Shown: in pieces, positions 43,763 through 52,778 of the stretch | How positions within the stretch are numbered: position 1 is the stretch's first letter | Layout: each line of letters starts with the position of its first letter | IMG/VR virus record: IMGVR_UViG_3300045988_054045 | Strand: one strand, 5' to 3' | From: a virus | DNA length: 64,000 bases | Notes under the pieces: generated by a model | Databases searched by the model: none | The model's input: the letters and a program-made list of their open reading frames with translations, nothing else | What the model was told of the DNA's origin: nothing | Translations under genes and position numbers: made by a program

Positions 43763-44986
43763 ATGAGTCAACCTAAAGTTAAGAAAAGTACAATCTTTGC
43801 TATCTTGGCAGGAGTAATTGTAGTCGTGTTAGTTTGCCTATCTGGAGCACTCTTTGAGGATGCAGATAAGTCTAAGAACTATGTGTGTCAAATGCCTGTA
43901 ACAGGTGAGTATGTCGTTTGGACTGATGGTGGTCTACAATGGCAAGGTTTGGGTAATAAACACGAGTATTTCAAAACCTCCCAAGTAGAGTTTTCAGGTC
44001 TAGAAGAGGTTAGTGAGGGTAACTATGTAGCATCAGGTGCTAATCCTGCAGCAGCATTAACCTTCAATGATAAGGGTAGAGGCTTTATTATAGGCTCTTT
44101 CCGAGTTGTTATGCCTAATGATGATTCTAATATGAAGAAAATTCAGCAGGACTTTGGTTCTGAAAAGGCATTGATAGCTAATCTAATTAAACCTACTTTA
44201 TATAAGGTTGTAACTTCTTGTGGTCCTCTAATGTCTTCACTAGAGTCTGTATCTGAGACAAGAACAGACTTGATTGCCTATATTACTGACCAGCTTAATA
44301 ATGGAGTGTATAAGACTACTGTAATTCGTGATTCAGTAACGAATGAAATTACTGGAGAAAAGGAGTTGAGAGCAAAGGCACAGATTGTGGCTGATACTAA
44401 CTCTCCGAGCGGTTATAAACGTCAGGAAACATCACCATTTAGTCAGTACGGCATTACTTGTGGCTTGGTATCTATCTTAGACATTAAGTATGATGCTGCT
44501 ACTCAATCTCAAATTGATGCTCAGAAGCAAGCTAACTTGGCTGTAATTACTTCTAAGACTAAGTCTTTGGAAGCTATTCAAAGAACTGTTCAGATTACTG
44601 AAGAGGGTAGAGCAGCAGCCGAGAGAGCTAAATGGGAGCAAGAGAAAGAGAAGGCAGTAGCAGTTACTAAGGCACAGCAAGAGTTTGAAGTAGCAGAACT
44701 TGAAGCTAAGAAAGCTAAACAAGTGGCTTTAAAGGTTCAAGCAGAAGGTGAAGCTAAGGCAGCAGCAAATAGAGCATTGGTTTCAGCAGGTTTAACTCCT
44801 GCCGAAAGAGCTGAATGGGATTATAAAACAGCTGTCGGTGTAGCACAAGCTCTAGCTGAATCTAAAGTATCATGGGTTCCATCAGTAATGTTTGGAGGAA
44901 ATGGTTCAAGTAATTCAGCTATGGATGCCGTAGGTTTGAAGATGTTATTGGACATTACTAAGTCTTTTGATAAGACAAGTAAATAA
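43763..44986 (+). CDS. SPFH/band-7-like membrane protein
   Basis: N-terminal TM segment, globular core, then a long A/E/K coiled coil (AERAKWEQEKEKAVAVTKAQQEFEVAELEAKKAK). Confidence 0.5.
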   Translation: MSQPKVKKSTIFAILAGVIVVVLVCLSGALFEDADKSKNYVCQMPVTGEYVVWTDGGLQWQGLGNKHEYFKTSQVEFSGLEEVSEGNYVASGANPAAALTFNDKGRGFIIGSFRVVMPNDDSNMKKIQQDFGSEKALIANLIKPTLYKVVTSCGPLMSSLESVSETRTDLIAYITDQLNNGVYKTTVIRDSVTNEITGEKELRAKAQIVADTNSPSGYKRQETSPFSQYGITCGLVSILDIKYDAATQSQIDAQKQANLAVITSKTKSLEAIQRTVQITEEGRAAAERAKWEQEKEKAVAVTKAQQEFEVAELEAKKAKQVALKVQAEGEAKAAANRALVSAGLTPAERAEWDYKTAVGVAQALAESKVSWVPSVMFGGNGSSNSAMDAVGLKMLLDITKSFDKTSK

Positions 44987-45074
44987 TAAAACATAGGTTG
45001 TCGGACTAGTGGGCAACCTTCCGTAATCAGTCGGACGTTGGGAGCTTATAGCCCTACGATAGTGTGGCTAAATC

Positions 45075-45149
45075 GGACCTATAGCTCAGTCTGGTCAGAG
45101 CAGCTGACTCATAATCAGAAGGTCGGGGGTTCAAAGCCCTCTAGGTCCA
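45075..45149 (+). tRNA. tRNA-Met or Ile2 (CAU)
   Basis: GGACCTA/TAGGTCC. Loop CTCATAA. Confidence 0.8.
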
Positions 45150-45211
45150 CATCTGTTTATCGGAAGATAGATAGTATAGATTGGTACAGCCTAGGACAAT
45201 GTATTAATCTA

Positions 45212-45284
45212 TGGGAGTTAGAGCAGTGGTCAGCTCGCTGGGTGCATAGCCCAGAGGTCGTCAGTTCGAATCTGGCATTCCCAA
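45212..45284 (+). tRNA. tRNA(CAU) with G33
   Basis: TGGGAGT/ATTCCCA. Stem CTGGG/CCCAG, loop TGCATAG. Confidence 0.6.
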
Positions 45285-45362
45285 CAAAGGGCTAAATCTG
45301 AGTAGCTAACAGACTATGGGGTGTTATGCCTTGCCCTTTACCTATAACTAAAAATAGAGCTT

Positions 45363-45734
45363 ATGAAACATTTATTACTAATTCTAATGTTTATTCCATT
45401 ATTCTTATATGGGCAGCACAATGTTACTGCAACATATTATCATGCTGGACCAAAGCATGGTTTATCATGGTATACAGCTAGTGGAAATAAAATTAGTATT
45501 AAGGAACTAAATGCTAAAAAGTTAAGATGGGTAGCCCTATCACATGACTTATTAAAGCATTACAACTACGGTGATACTATCACAGTAATCTCTGATAATC
45601 CTAAACTCAGGGGTAAATGGGTAGTTATGGATAAGATGCACAAAAGACATAGAAATAGGATAGATTTCTTAACCCCTAGTGGAAACACATTAGGGATGTT
45701 ACGACCTACTAAGGTAAAGATAAAGAAACAATAA
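45363..45734 (+). CDS. secreted 3D-domain (RlpA/MltA-like) protein
   Basis: Signal peptide. TATYYHAG...YTASGNK...WVALSHD...GDTITV...VVMDKM...IDFL pattern. Confidence 0.6.
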   Translation: MKHLLLILMFIPLFLYGQHNVTATYYHAGPKHGLSWYTASGNKISIKELNAKKLRWVALSHDLLKHYNYGDTITVISDNPKLRGKWVVMDKMHKRHRNRIDFLTPSGNTLGMLRPTKVKIKKQ

Positions 45735-45736
45735 TT

Positions 45737-45817
45737 GGGGTAGTGGCGGAATGGTAGACGCGCTGGTCTTAGGAACCAGTACCTTCGGGTGTGTGAGTTC
45801 GAGTCTCACCTACCCTA
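45737..45817 (+). tRNA. tRNA-Leu(UAG), type II
   Basis: GGGGTAG/CTACCCT. Loop CTTAGGA. 13-nt variable arm. Confidence 0.85.
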
Positions 45818-45840
45818 CAAACTTTTAAACAAACAGGAAT

Positions 45841-45996
45841 ATGAAAGAGATTAAAGACTTTTTTGAAGAAATTGAGAAGCTGGAAATAGCACAAGGTGTC
45901 ATCGACATTAATGAAGCTAAAAGACTAGTGTCTGAGGCTTATGTAGCAGGTATAAACTTTCAAGCCAACCAAACTAAACAAGGAGGTAAGAAATGA
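45841..45996 (+). CDS. hypothetical protein (51 aa)
   Basis: ATGA overlap with the next gene. Not in the track. Confidence 0.45.
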   Translation: MKEIKDFFEEIEKLEIAQGVIDINEAKRLVSEAYVAGINFQANQTKQGGKK

Positions 45997-46199
45997 AAGT
46001 AGTTGCTATGTTACTAATGCTAGTAGGACTATGTTCATGCGTTAATAGAGGACCAGTTGCAACTATAACTACAGAGACTGGTATTCCAATGCGTGTAACT
46101 GAGTTTACATATAAGGGACACTCTTATATATGGTTCTCTAAATCATCTGGACAATCTGGTATAGTACACAACCCAGACTGCCGTTGCAATAAGAAATAA
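45993..46199 (+). CDS. small secreted or lipoprotein-like protein (68 aa)
   Basis: MKVVAMLLMLVGLCSC signal with Cys residues. Confidence 0.5.
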   Translation: MKVVAMLLMLVGLCSCVNRGPVATITTETGIPMRVTEFTYKGHSYIWFSKSSGQSGIVHNPDCRCNKK

Positions 46200-46329
46200 T
46201 CCACCACTAGTTAGTAAGGGTGAGAAAATTACTTAGAGGCTGTTGATGCTTATTAGACGTGATAGGCTACAATTACAGTTGCGGTGAAAAATTGATAAGA
46301 ATTGCTAACACTTATCAGGCGGATTTATC

Positions 46330-46356
46330 AGAGTGTAGTTAATTCTACACTCTTTA
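46330..46356 (+). terminator. intrinsic terminator candidate
   Basis: AGAGTGTAG-ttaatt-CTACACTCT followed by TT. Confidence 0.5.
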
Positions 46357-46357
46357 A

Positions 46358-46432
46358 GGCGACATAGCTCATTTTGGTTAGAGCGTGGGAGTCATAACCC
46401 CAAGGTGGTTGGTTCGAATCCAACTGTCGCCA
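46358..46432 (+). tRNA. tRNA(CAU), initiator-like anticodon stem
   Basis: GGCGACA/TGTCGCC. Stem TGGGA/CCCCA with three G-C pairs, loop GTCATAA. Confidence 0.7.
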
Positions 46433-46452
46433 CACATCTTAATTTAATATGT

Positions 46453-47685
46453 ATGAGTGATAAAGGCTTATTGTTTAAAAAGAGAAAAAATAATCACGGA
46501 AGCCATAATAGATGTAGTCAAGGAAGTGGCTTTCCAAGACGAGATATGGATAAATTCCCTGGAACTCATTTAGGAATGAAACTGAGGTATCAGAAAGCAT
46601 CAGTAGGTCGTCTTATTAAGGGATGGAACATTAACCGTGGTTATCTAAGAACAAACAGAATAACTGGCTTTATTGACAAATTTATAGGAAAACCCTATAA
46701 TGATTTAGTCAAAGCATTCTATGTTCTTATTAAGGACTTGAGAAATAGTCATAAGGAAGTGGGTCTTGCAGACCTTGAGTGGCATTTTGAACAGTTTAGA
46801 TATAGAAGATGGAGAGGTGATTATTATGTAGACGATGATGGCTTAGTTCAAGTTGTTAAACCAGAACTAGATAGAAAACAGACTAGTCATATCAATAAGC
46901 AACAAGTAGCATACAATAAGAAAGTTAAGATTCCCGATTTTGGTAGAGTATCTGTACCAAGAAAGGTGGATTCTAGTAAAACTAGATGTTGGAATAAATA
47001 TGGCTTTCCAGACCGTGAGTTTATTCATTATGAGAAATGTCAATACCATGCTCCAAGATTCTTAGGTAATTATTGGTGTGATATGGATGGTAAGATGTTA
47101 TTTTTACCTGTTTATCATGTTCCAGGTACTTACGAGTACGCTAAATATTGGACGGATACTCATGGAGTTCCTAAACCTAGAGCAGGTAGGTATTACTACG
47201 GCACTTATCCTAAGAAATGGGATAATAGTGGATATTGTGATAAGTTTACAGACAAGTATAGACCAGGCACTGATGAATATAAGTGGGCGCAAGGTATAGA
47301 GAATGGCTGGGTAATTCCTATTATTCCATTTAGTAAGAAAGAGTTCTATGGTCTTAGATATGCTATGTATATGAGAATGCAACATAGTAAGAGAGTACTC
47401 CTTCCTAACACAGAAGAGTTAGAGAGATGTAAGGCTGATATAAGAACTCAACAAGAGACATTAGCCAATACAGAGAACCCAGACAGCTATTGGTATGGTA
47501 AGACAGAACTAGTTCAGGGTCGACTAGAGGAAGCTAAACAAAGACTTGAAAGAACACCTAATATGGCATACTTTGAAGTAGGATATGGTCAGCTATTTCC
47601 TATGGTTAAAAGGTATGACTATGAGAAAGCATTAAGAATCTATGAGCAGGAGCAAAAAGAAGCCGATTTGGAAAGACAAGAGTAA
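46453..47685 (+). CDS. hypothetical protein (410 aa)
   Basis: Long ORF. Start moved out of the tRNA to ATG 46453. Confidence 0.65.
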   Translation: MSDKGLLFKKRKNNHGSHNRCSQGSGFPRRDMDKFPGTHLGMKLRYQKASVGRLIKGWNINRGYLRTNRITGFIDKFIGKPYNDLVKAFYVLIKDLRNSHKEVGLADLEWHFEQFRYRRWRGDYYVDDDGLVQVVKPELDRKQTSHINKQQVAYNKKVKIPDFGRVSVPRKVDSSKTRCWNKYGFPDREFIHYEKCQYHAPRFLGNYWCDMDGKMLFLPVYHVPGTYEYAKYWTDTHGVPKPRAGRYYYGTYPKKWDNSGYCDKFTDKYRPGTDEYKWAQGIENGWVIPIIPFSKKEFYGLRYAMYMRMQHSKRVLLPNTEELERCKADIRTQQETLANTENPDSYWYGKTELVQGRLEEAKQRLERTPNMAYFEVGYGQLFPMVKRYDYEKALRIYEQEQKEADLERQE

Positions 47686-47896
47686 CCATGTATGGTATAA
47701 CAGAATTGTCAGAAGAGTTCAAAGAATGCAAGTAAAGCAGATAGCACAGCTTAATGATATTTTAGAATACGAAATCTCTCAACCAAATGAGTTGGTGAAT
47801 GATTGGGATATTTGTGATTGGAAGTTTGATTATAGACATCCATTCTGGAAACAATTCCATACTCCAGCTGAGTTGAAAAGATTTTGTTGTAAGTAG
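47642..47896 (+). CDS. hypothetical basic protein (84 aa)
   Basis: ORF track. Confidence 0.45.
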   Translation: MSRSKKKPIWKDKSNHVWYNRIVRRVQRMQVKQIAQLNDILEYEISQPNELVNDWDICDWKFDYRHPFWKQFHTPAELKRFCCK

Positions 47897-48151
47897 CTCC
47901 CAATTCCAAATCAAAGGAGTTTAAATATTAGGTTTGGCGATGACAACTAAGCGAGTTGAGCGTATGTAATAAGACGTGCTCTGAAGTACAAGGAGTGGGG
48001 TGGGTGCAGAATACCTCTTTAGAGTACCTTAACGGTACTCAATCACTGCTTCAGTATAACTAAGAGGTATATATCGGATGGTAGAATTTAGCGGCTGAAA
48101 TATGCGTAAGTCTTGAGGATATGATATGTAAGTTGCAACCCTCTTAGTCAT

Positions 48152-48237
48152 GGCTCGATGGTGGAATTGGTAGACACGTCAGGTTTAAGCCCTGATGCTC
48201 AGTAATGGGCGTGTGGGTTCGAGTCCCACTCGGGCTA
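48152..48237 (+). tRNA. tRNA-Leu(UAA), type II
   Basis: GGCTCGA/TCGGGCT. Loop TTTAAGC. Long variable arm. Confidence 0.8.
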
Positions 48238-48278
48238 CTACCCTTGAATTTACTCTTAATCCTTAAATTACACTTAGT

Positions 48279-48509
48279 ATGAATATCTTTGGTAACACAT
48301 CAACAGGGTTTAGTAAGGAGATAGACAGTGCAATGTCTACTTTTAAGAGTACTATTACGAAACTTAAAGCTACCGCTGAGAAAGCAGCAGCGACTAAAGT
48401 TGAAAAGCAGGAAGAAATCAAAAAGCTGGAAGTAGAATGTACAGCTTTAGATGGAGTTTCTACTAAAGCCAATAACTTAGCTTCCAAGTTAGAGGCATTA
48501 TTTGAATGA
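48279..48509 (+). CDS. coiled-coil protein (76 aa)
   Basis: ORF track. Confidence 0.5.
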   Translation: MNIFGNTSTGFSKEIDSAMSTFKSTITKLKATAEKAAATKVEKQEEIKKLEVECTALDGVSTKANNLASKLEALFE

Positions 48510-48919
48510 TTATGAAGGTTGAAAATTTGATGGAACATCCCATTGACCTATCTACTATTAAGGAGTGTAATAGCTTCTCAGAGTGGGTTGGCGATGATAT
48601 TTCTAAGGCATTCTATTTAGGTTTTATGCGACATGAGTTTGCTGACCAAATAGAGGAAATTACTAATAGAGAGGATGGTACAGGAATTGCATTGCTTAAG
48701 AGTATTGATGGAGCTTCTATAGAAGCAAAACCTTACCTTAAGGAATTAGCCAGATTAATGGAACCTTACTTGCAAAGTCCAGAAGGGTTTGTGGTATTAG
48801 ATATGGTTAACGATGTTCTTGGGAAGGTAGTTCCGAAGAAAGAAGGTGACATCTATAAGATTGCTTATATATTAGGAATCTACACAGACTATCTGTATAA
48901 CTGCAAGGCGGAAGCATGA
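48506..48919 (+). CDS. hypothetical protein (137 aa)
   Basis: ATGA overlaps on both sides. Confidence 0.6.
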   Translation: MIMKVENLMEHPIDLSTIKECNSFSEWVGDDISKAFYLGFMRHEFADQIEEITNREDGTGIALLKSIDGASIEAKPYLKELARLMEPYLQSPEGFVVLDMVNDVLGKVVPKKEGDIYKIAYILGIYTDYLYNCKAEA

Positions 48920-49326
48920 GTACATATAGAGTATATACTGATGGAGCATATTCAAGTGCTCGTAATCAAGGTGGTATTGGATTTGTTATCCTTAAGGATG
49001 ATAAAGAAGTAGCTAGATATTCTAAGATGTACAAGAACAGTACAAACCAAAGGATGGAGCAAATGGCAGCTATAGTTGCCCTTGAATCTATTACAACACC
49101 TTCAGAAGTTACCATAGTTTCTGATTCTCAGTATGTGGTCTGCACATATACTAAGAATTGGAAGAGAAAGGCGAATCTGGATTTGTGGAAGAGATTTGAT
49201 GCAGCAATTGCTTTCCATACTAAGGTTGAGTTTGAGTGGACTAAAGGACACGCAGACGACCAATATAACAAGATTTGTGATAAGCTAGCACAAGAAGCTA
49301 GTAGGACTATAGAGATTACTGATTAA
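48916..49326 (+). CDS. rnhA: ribonuclease HI
   Basis: VYTDGA...NQRMEQMAAIVALE...IVSDSQYV...WTKGHADDQYNKICDKLA (DEDD layout). Confidence 0.85.
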   Translation: MSTYRVYTDGAYSSARNQGGIGFVILKDDKEVARYSKMYKNSTNQRMEQMAAIVALESITTPSEVTIVSDSQYVVCTYTKNWKRKANLDLWKRFDAAIAFHTKVEFEWTKGHADDQYNKICDKLAQEASRTIEITD

Positions 49327-49347
49327 TATATTTGTAAATTCTTCTAT

Positions 49348-49479
49348 ATGAAATACAAGAAAATGGTAGCTAACTTAGAAGCAGCTAAGAGATGGTGGGA
49401 TGCTCAGCCTGAATCATTCAAGAAAGCAACTACACGTCCTGGCTCAGTTAAATGCAAATCTGTTAATAGAGGTAAATAA
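49348..49479 (+). CDS. hypothetical protein (43 aa)
   Basis: Small ORF not in the track. Confidence 0.35.
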   Translation: MKYKKMVANLEAAKRWWDAQPESFKKATTRPGSVKCKSVNRGK

Positions 49480-49596
49480 CCACTTCGAGTTTAAGGTAAA
49501 GTAGGACTTGCGCATACCTTCATATCGTAGGTATTAAAACCTTTCTACATTGTAGATAAACCTATCGCGGAGAGGACAGTGGTGACTCTCCAACTT

Positions 49597-49668
49597 GACC
49601 CTATAGCTTAGTAGGTAGAGCTGCGGACTCTTAATCCGTAGACCAGGGTTCGAATCCCTGTGGGGTCA
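49597..49668 (+). tRNA. tRNA-Lys(CUU)
   Basis: GACCCTA/TGGGGTC. Loop CTCTTAA. Confidence 0.85.
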
Positions 49669-49708
49669 CAGTAAAAGTTGAAGTAATAAAAGAGAAGTAA
49701 TCCATGTT

Positions 49709-49746
49709 ATGCCATTTGCTCGTGAGAGTAGATGGCATTTTTATTT
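49709..49746 (+). terminator. intrinsic terminator
   Basis: ATGCCAT...ATGGCAT followed by TTTTTATTT. Confidence 0.65.
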
Positions 49747-49818
49747 GTCCCTATAGTTCAACGGATAGAACGAGAGTTTCCTAAACTCTAGATGAAGGTT
49801 CGATTCCTTCTGGGGATA
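49747..49818 (+). tRNA. tRNA-Arg(CCU)
   Basis: GTCCCTA/TGGGGAT. Loop TTCCTAA. Confidence 0.8.
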
Positions 49819-49838
49819 CTAATTTAACTTATTAGATT

Positions 49839-50168
49839 ATGAGAGTATATGATGTTATAAAGACTGCAGAGGATACCTATATAAGTGAGACTAGTAGACT
49901 TATTTATCCAGGTATGTGTTGGTGCTTAAAAGTATCAGCAGTCAAGGGGTTTGACTTTAAGGAGAAGAACAGAAAGGGACATCCATCTTACAAAGACTTG
50001 GTTGATAATATCCCTGAATTTAATCCAGAGTTCCTTAAAGCTACTGAGGAGGTAAAGATGGCTGGTTTAGATTTCTGGTGGGAACACCATGATACAGAAT
50101 CAAGGCTAAGAGCCTTCCAAGTATTAAAAGACATTTACAAGGATAATCCTAAAGAATTTGAATATTAA
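49839..50168 (+). CDS. hypothetical protein (109 aa)
   Basis: ORF track. Confidence 0.55.
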   Translation: MRVYDVIKTAEDTYISETSRLIYPGMCWCLKVSAVKGFDFKEKNRKGHPSYKDLVDNIPEFNPEFLKATEEVKMAGLDFWWEHHDTESRLRAFQVLKDIYKDNPKEFEY

Positions 50169-50171
50169 TAT

Positions 50172-50592
50172 AATAGAGGGGATGTAGGGTTAGTAGTACC
50201 CATCATTTAAAGAGTTGCGAGCGGAAGTTATGGTATATCCTTAGGTCACGAGTAGCTATCGTGGTGTTGACAAGCGTGAAGGTATAGAACTTACTGGTCC
50301 TTCCGTATAACCGCAGGGAGGCACAAGCATTAATCTCGGAGAGTAGTATTCCTAGTCTGAAATGACGAGGGTTCCGATACGTTGCTCAATGTGATATTAA
50401 GTGTCGGAGCCAGTTATTGATAAGTTTCAACAGTACAAGCGGAACCTGGAATTAAGATTGGGAGGGTACGTGATACCCTTAGCTGTTAGTAGGAGAACAA
50501 AAGTCGGCTAATGTGTACGTTAAGTCACTGCACATACGTTCAACGTCAATAACCGCCCTTAGAGCATTTGGTGTAACAACACACCCTCTATT
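50172..50592 (+). ncRNA. 421-nt stem-closed structured RNA candidate
   Basis: No ORF. AATAGAGGG (50172-80) pairs with CCCTCTATT (50584-92). Visibly more GC-rich. Lies 4 nt before tRNA-Arg(ACG). Confidence 0.4.
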
Positions 50593-50596
50593 CTTT

Positions 50597-50668
50597 AGTC
50601 CTATAGTTTAACGGATAGAATACCATACTACGGATATGGAGGTCTCAGTTCGATTCTGGGTAGGACTA
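50597..50668 (+). tRNA. tRNA-Arg(ACG)
   Basis: AGTCCTA/TAGGACT. Loop CTACGGA. Confidence 0.85.
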
Positions 50669-50687
50669 CAAACTTAAACAATTAAGT

Positions 50688-51026
50688 ATGAATAAGTTAG
50701 TAAAGCTTAGGGATAAGTGGTTTCCCAAGCCTAAGCCACTAAGTGCCTTAGATGCTTATACAATCACTAAATATGGGTTAAAACTTGATAGTAGCACCTT
50801 ACATCAGAAATGTATTGAAGAAATAGCTAGCTTAATGCAAGCTAAATCTGCAAGAAATTCTTATAGTTTGGTGTTCGACCTTGACGAGAATCTTCCTGAG
50901 TTGGGAATATACTTAGCTAAGTATTATACTGATTTAGGATTTAATTGCTTCGTCTTGGATAACAAGATAGATGAGAGGATTGAAACTCCTCAACTTTATC
51001 TTAGTTGGAAGCGAAAAGGCGTGTAA
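50688..51026 (+). CDS. hypothetical protein (112 aa)
   Basis: ORF track. Confidence 0.55.
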   Translation: MNKLVKLRDKWFPKPKPLSALDAYTITKYGLKLDSSTLHQKCIEEIASLMQAKSARNSYSLVFDLDENLPELGIYLAKYYTDLGFNCFVLDNKIDERIETPQLYLSWKRKGV

Positions 51027-51086
51027 ATCGTCTGTGTTTGAAGGATATTCCTTCAATTAATGTTTAATAACTTAACTACATTTATT

Positions 51087-51701
51087 ATGGCAATTAACTT
51101 GCAAAAAGGTGGACGCATTGACCTTTCTAAGGAGTCCACAGCTAGTGTGTTTAGAATTGGTTTGGGCTGGGATGCAGCACAACCTGGTAAAGAATTTGAC
51201 TTGGATGCTATGGCTATTCTGCTTGGTGCTGATGGTAAAGCTGTAAGTGACGATGCAATGGCTCTGTTTGGGCAGTTGGATGGTCCTGAAGCTATAGCTG
51301 CTACTGGCTGTATCCATCATTCAGGTGATAACCGTACTGGCGCTGGTGATGGTGATGATGAAACTATCACTATCGACACTGCTAAGGTTCCTGCCAATGT
51401 TCAGGAAATTGTAGTTCTTGTCAATATCCATGATGCCAAGAATCGTCAGCAGAATTTTGGTATGGTAAAGAATGCCAAGGTTAATCTGTATGAAGGCGCA
51501 GAAGGTAACAACGTTCTTGCCAAGTATGACCTGGAAGAAGATGCTTCTATGGATAGAGCATTGGTATTCTGCAGACTGTATCGCAAGGATGGAGCATGGA
51601 AGTTCCAAGCTGTGAACGAAGGTAAGGGTAACTATCAGAATGTGTTACTGTGTGACATTCTGTCCAGTTATGGTATCAACGCAGGTCCAAACAATCTGTA
51701 A
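51087..51701 (+). CDS. terD: TerD-family protein
   Basis: MAINLQKGGRIDLSKE start and the HHSGDNRTGAGDGDDE Ca-binding signature. Confidence 0.9.
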   Translation: MAINLQKGGRIDLSKESTASVFRIGLGWDAAQPGKEFDLDAMAILLGADGKAVSDDAMALFGQLDGPEAIAATGCIHHSGDNRTGAGDGDDETITIDTAKVPANVQEIVVLVNIHDAKNRQQNFGMVKNAKVNLYEGAEGNNVLAKYDLEEDASMDRALVFCRLYRKDGAWKFQAVNEGKGNYQNVLLCDILSSYGINAGPNNL

Positions 51702-51704
51702 GCT

Positions 51705-52352
51705 ATGATAAACTTATCTAAGGGAGGCAGAGTTAATCTGTCTAAGGATGATAACGGTAATAAGTTATCTAAAGTATTCTTTGGAGCAAACTGGGGAGCT
51801 ATCAAATCTGGTGGCTTCTTAGGTTTTGGTGGAGGTACTGAGGCTGTTGACCTTGATGCTTCTGTGGTTCTTATGGATGCTAACAAGCATAAGCTTGAAA
51901 CTGTTTACTTTGGTCATAAAGACTCTAGTGACAGAGCAATCCATCACTCTGGTGATGATTTAGTAGGTGATACTAACGGAGACGACGGAATGGATAATGA
52001 AACTATTTCAGTAGAACTGGATAGAATCAGACCTGAAGTTGAGTACGTTGCATTTATCCTCAACTCATATCGTCACCAAAGATTCGATAAGATTCCTTAT
52101 ATGGGATTGAGAATCTATACGACAACTGACGGACGTCCTGTAACCCGTCCAAACTCCAATCCTAACGTATTGGCTAAGTATAACTTGGACAATGATAGTA
52201 AAGACCCTGAAACTACATTCGTTGGTCGTGAAGCTATTGTTCTAGGCTATGCTTATCGTAAGGACGGTGAGTGGAAGTTCAAGGCTCTTGGTAACACTGG
52301 CTCTTGGCAATCTATAGGTGAAATCGAAAGGGTATTACCCAATCTTATTTAA
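51705..52352 (+). CDS. TerD-family protein, second copy
   Basis: MINLSKGGRVNLSKD start and HHSGDDLVGDTNGDDGMDNE. Confidence 0.85.
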   Translation: MINLSKGGRVNLSKDDNGNKLSKVFFGANWGAIKSGGFLGFGGGTEAVDLDASVVLMDANKHKLETVYFGHKDSSDRAIHHSGDDLVGDTNGDDGMDNETISVELDRIRPEVEYVAFILNSYRHQRFDKIPYMGLRIYTTTDGRPVTRPNSNPNVLAKYNLDNDSKDPETTFVGREAIVLGYAYRKDGEWKFKALGNTGSWQSIGEIERVLPNLI

Positions 52353-52370
52353 TTATTAAAACTTACAATT

Positions 52371-52724
52371 ATGTGTAAAGTAAATGTAGAAGAACTCCGC
52401 GAAGAAATTATGGCGGATGGTGTAGTGACAAAGGAAGAAGTTGAAATGCTGTGGGAGAAGAAAGACTCTCAAGAAGGTGATACTACTTCTGAGTTTGATG
52501 CATTCTTTGCTGAAGCTGTAATGGCTTGGCTGTTGGCTGACGGTGAAATCAGTGATGAAGAAGCTCAATATCTCATTGACAAAATCAATGAAGATGATGA
52601 TATTGACGACGCTGAAGATGAACTGCTGGAAAGCATCGCCGAGTGGGGAAGTGAAGAAGGACATAACGTTCCCGTTATCCTTATTGAAGCATTCCCTGAT
52701 TACTTCGAAGAAGACGAAGAGTAA
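52371..52724 (+). CDS. highly acidic protein (117 aa), TerB-like candidate
   Basis: D/E-rich. MADGVVTKEEVEMLW and LLADGEISDEEAQYL repeats resemble TerB-type helices. Confidence 0.35.
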   Translation: MCKVNVEELREEIMADGVVTKEEVEMLWEKKDSQEGDTTSEFDAFFAEAVMAWLLADGEISDEEAQYLIDKINEDDDIDDAEDELLESIAEWGSEEGHNVPVILIEAFPDYFEEDEE

Positions 52725-52778
52725 AAACTACACTGGTGGGCATCTTGTCCACCTTTTAATAATTAAATAACTTAAAAG

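Noticed and set aside
50497-50511. ACAAAAGTCGGCTAA resembles the RNase P RNA P4 3' strand (ACAGAAxCCGGCUUA). GGAAAGTC at about 23153 resembles the P4 5' strand.
   Set aside because: The partner strand and the other conserved regions (GGAAAGUCCGG, AGGGUGAAA, GGUAAG) are not found at compatible positions in either locus. The two motifs are 27 kb apart.
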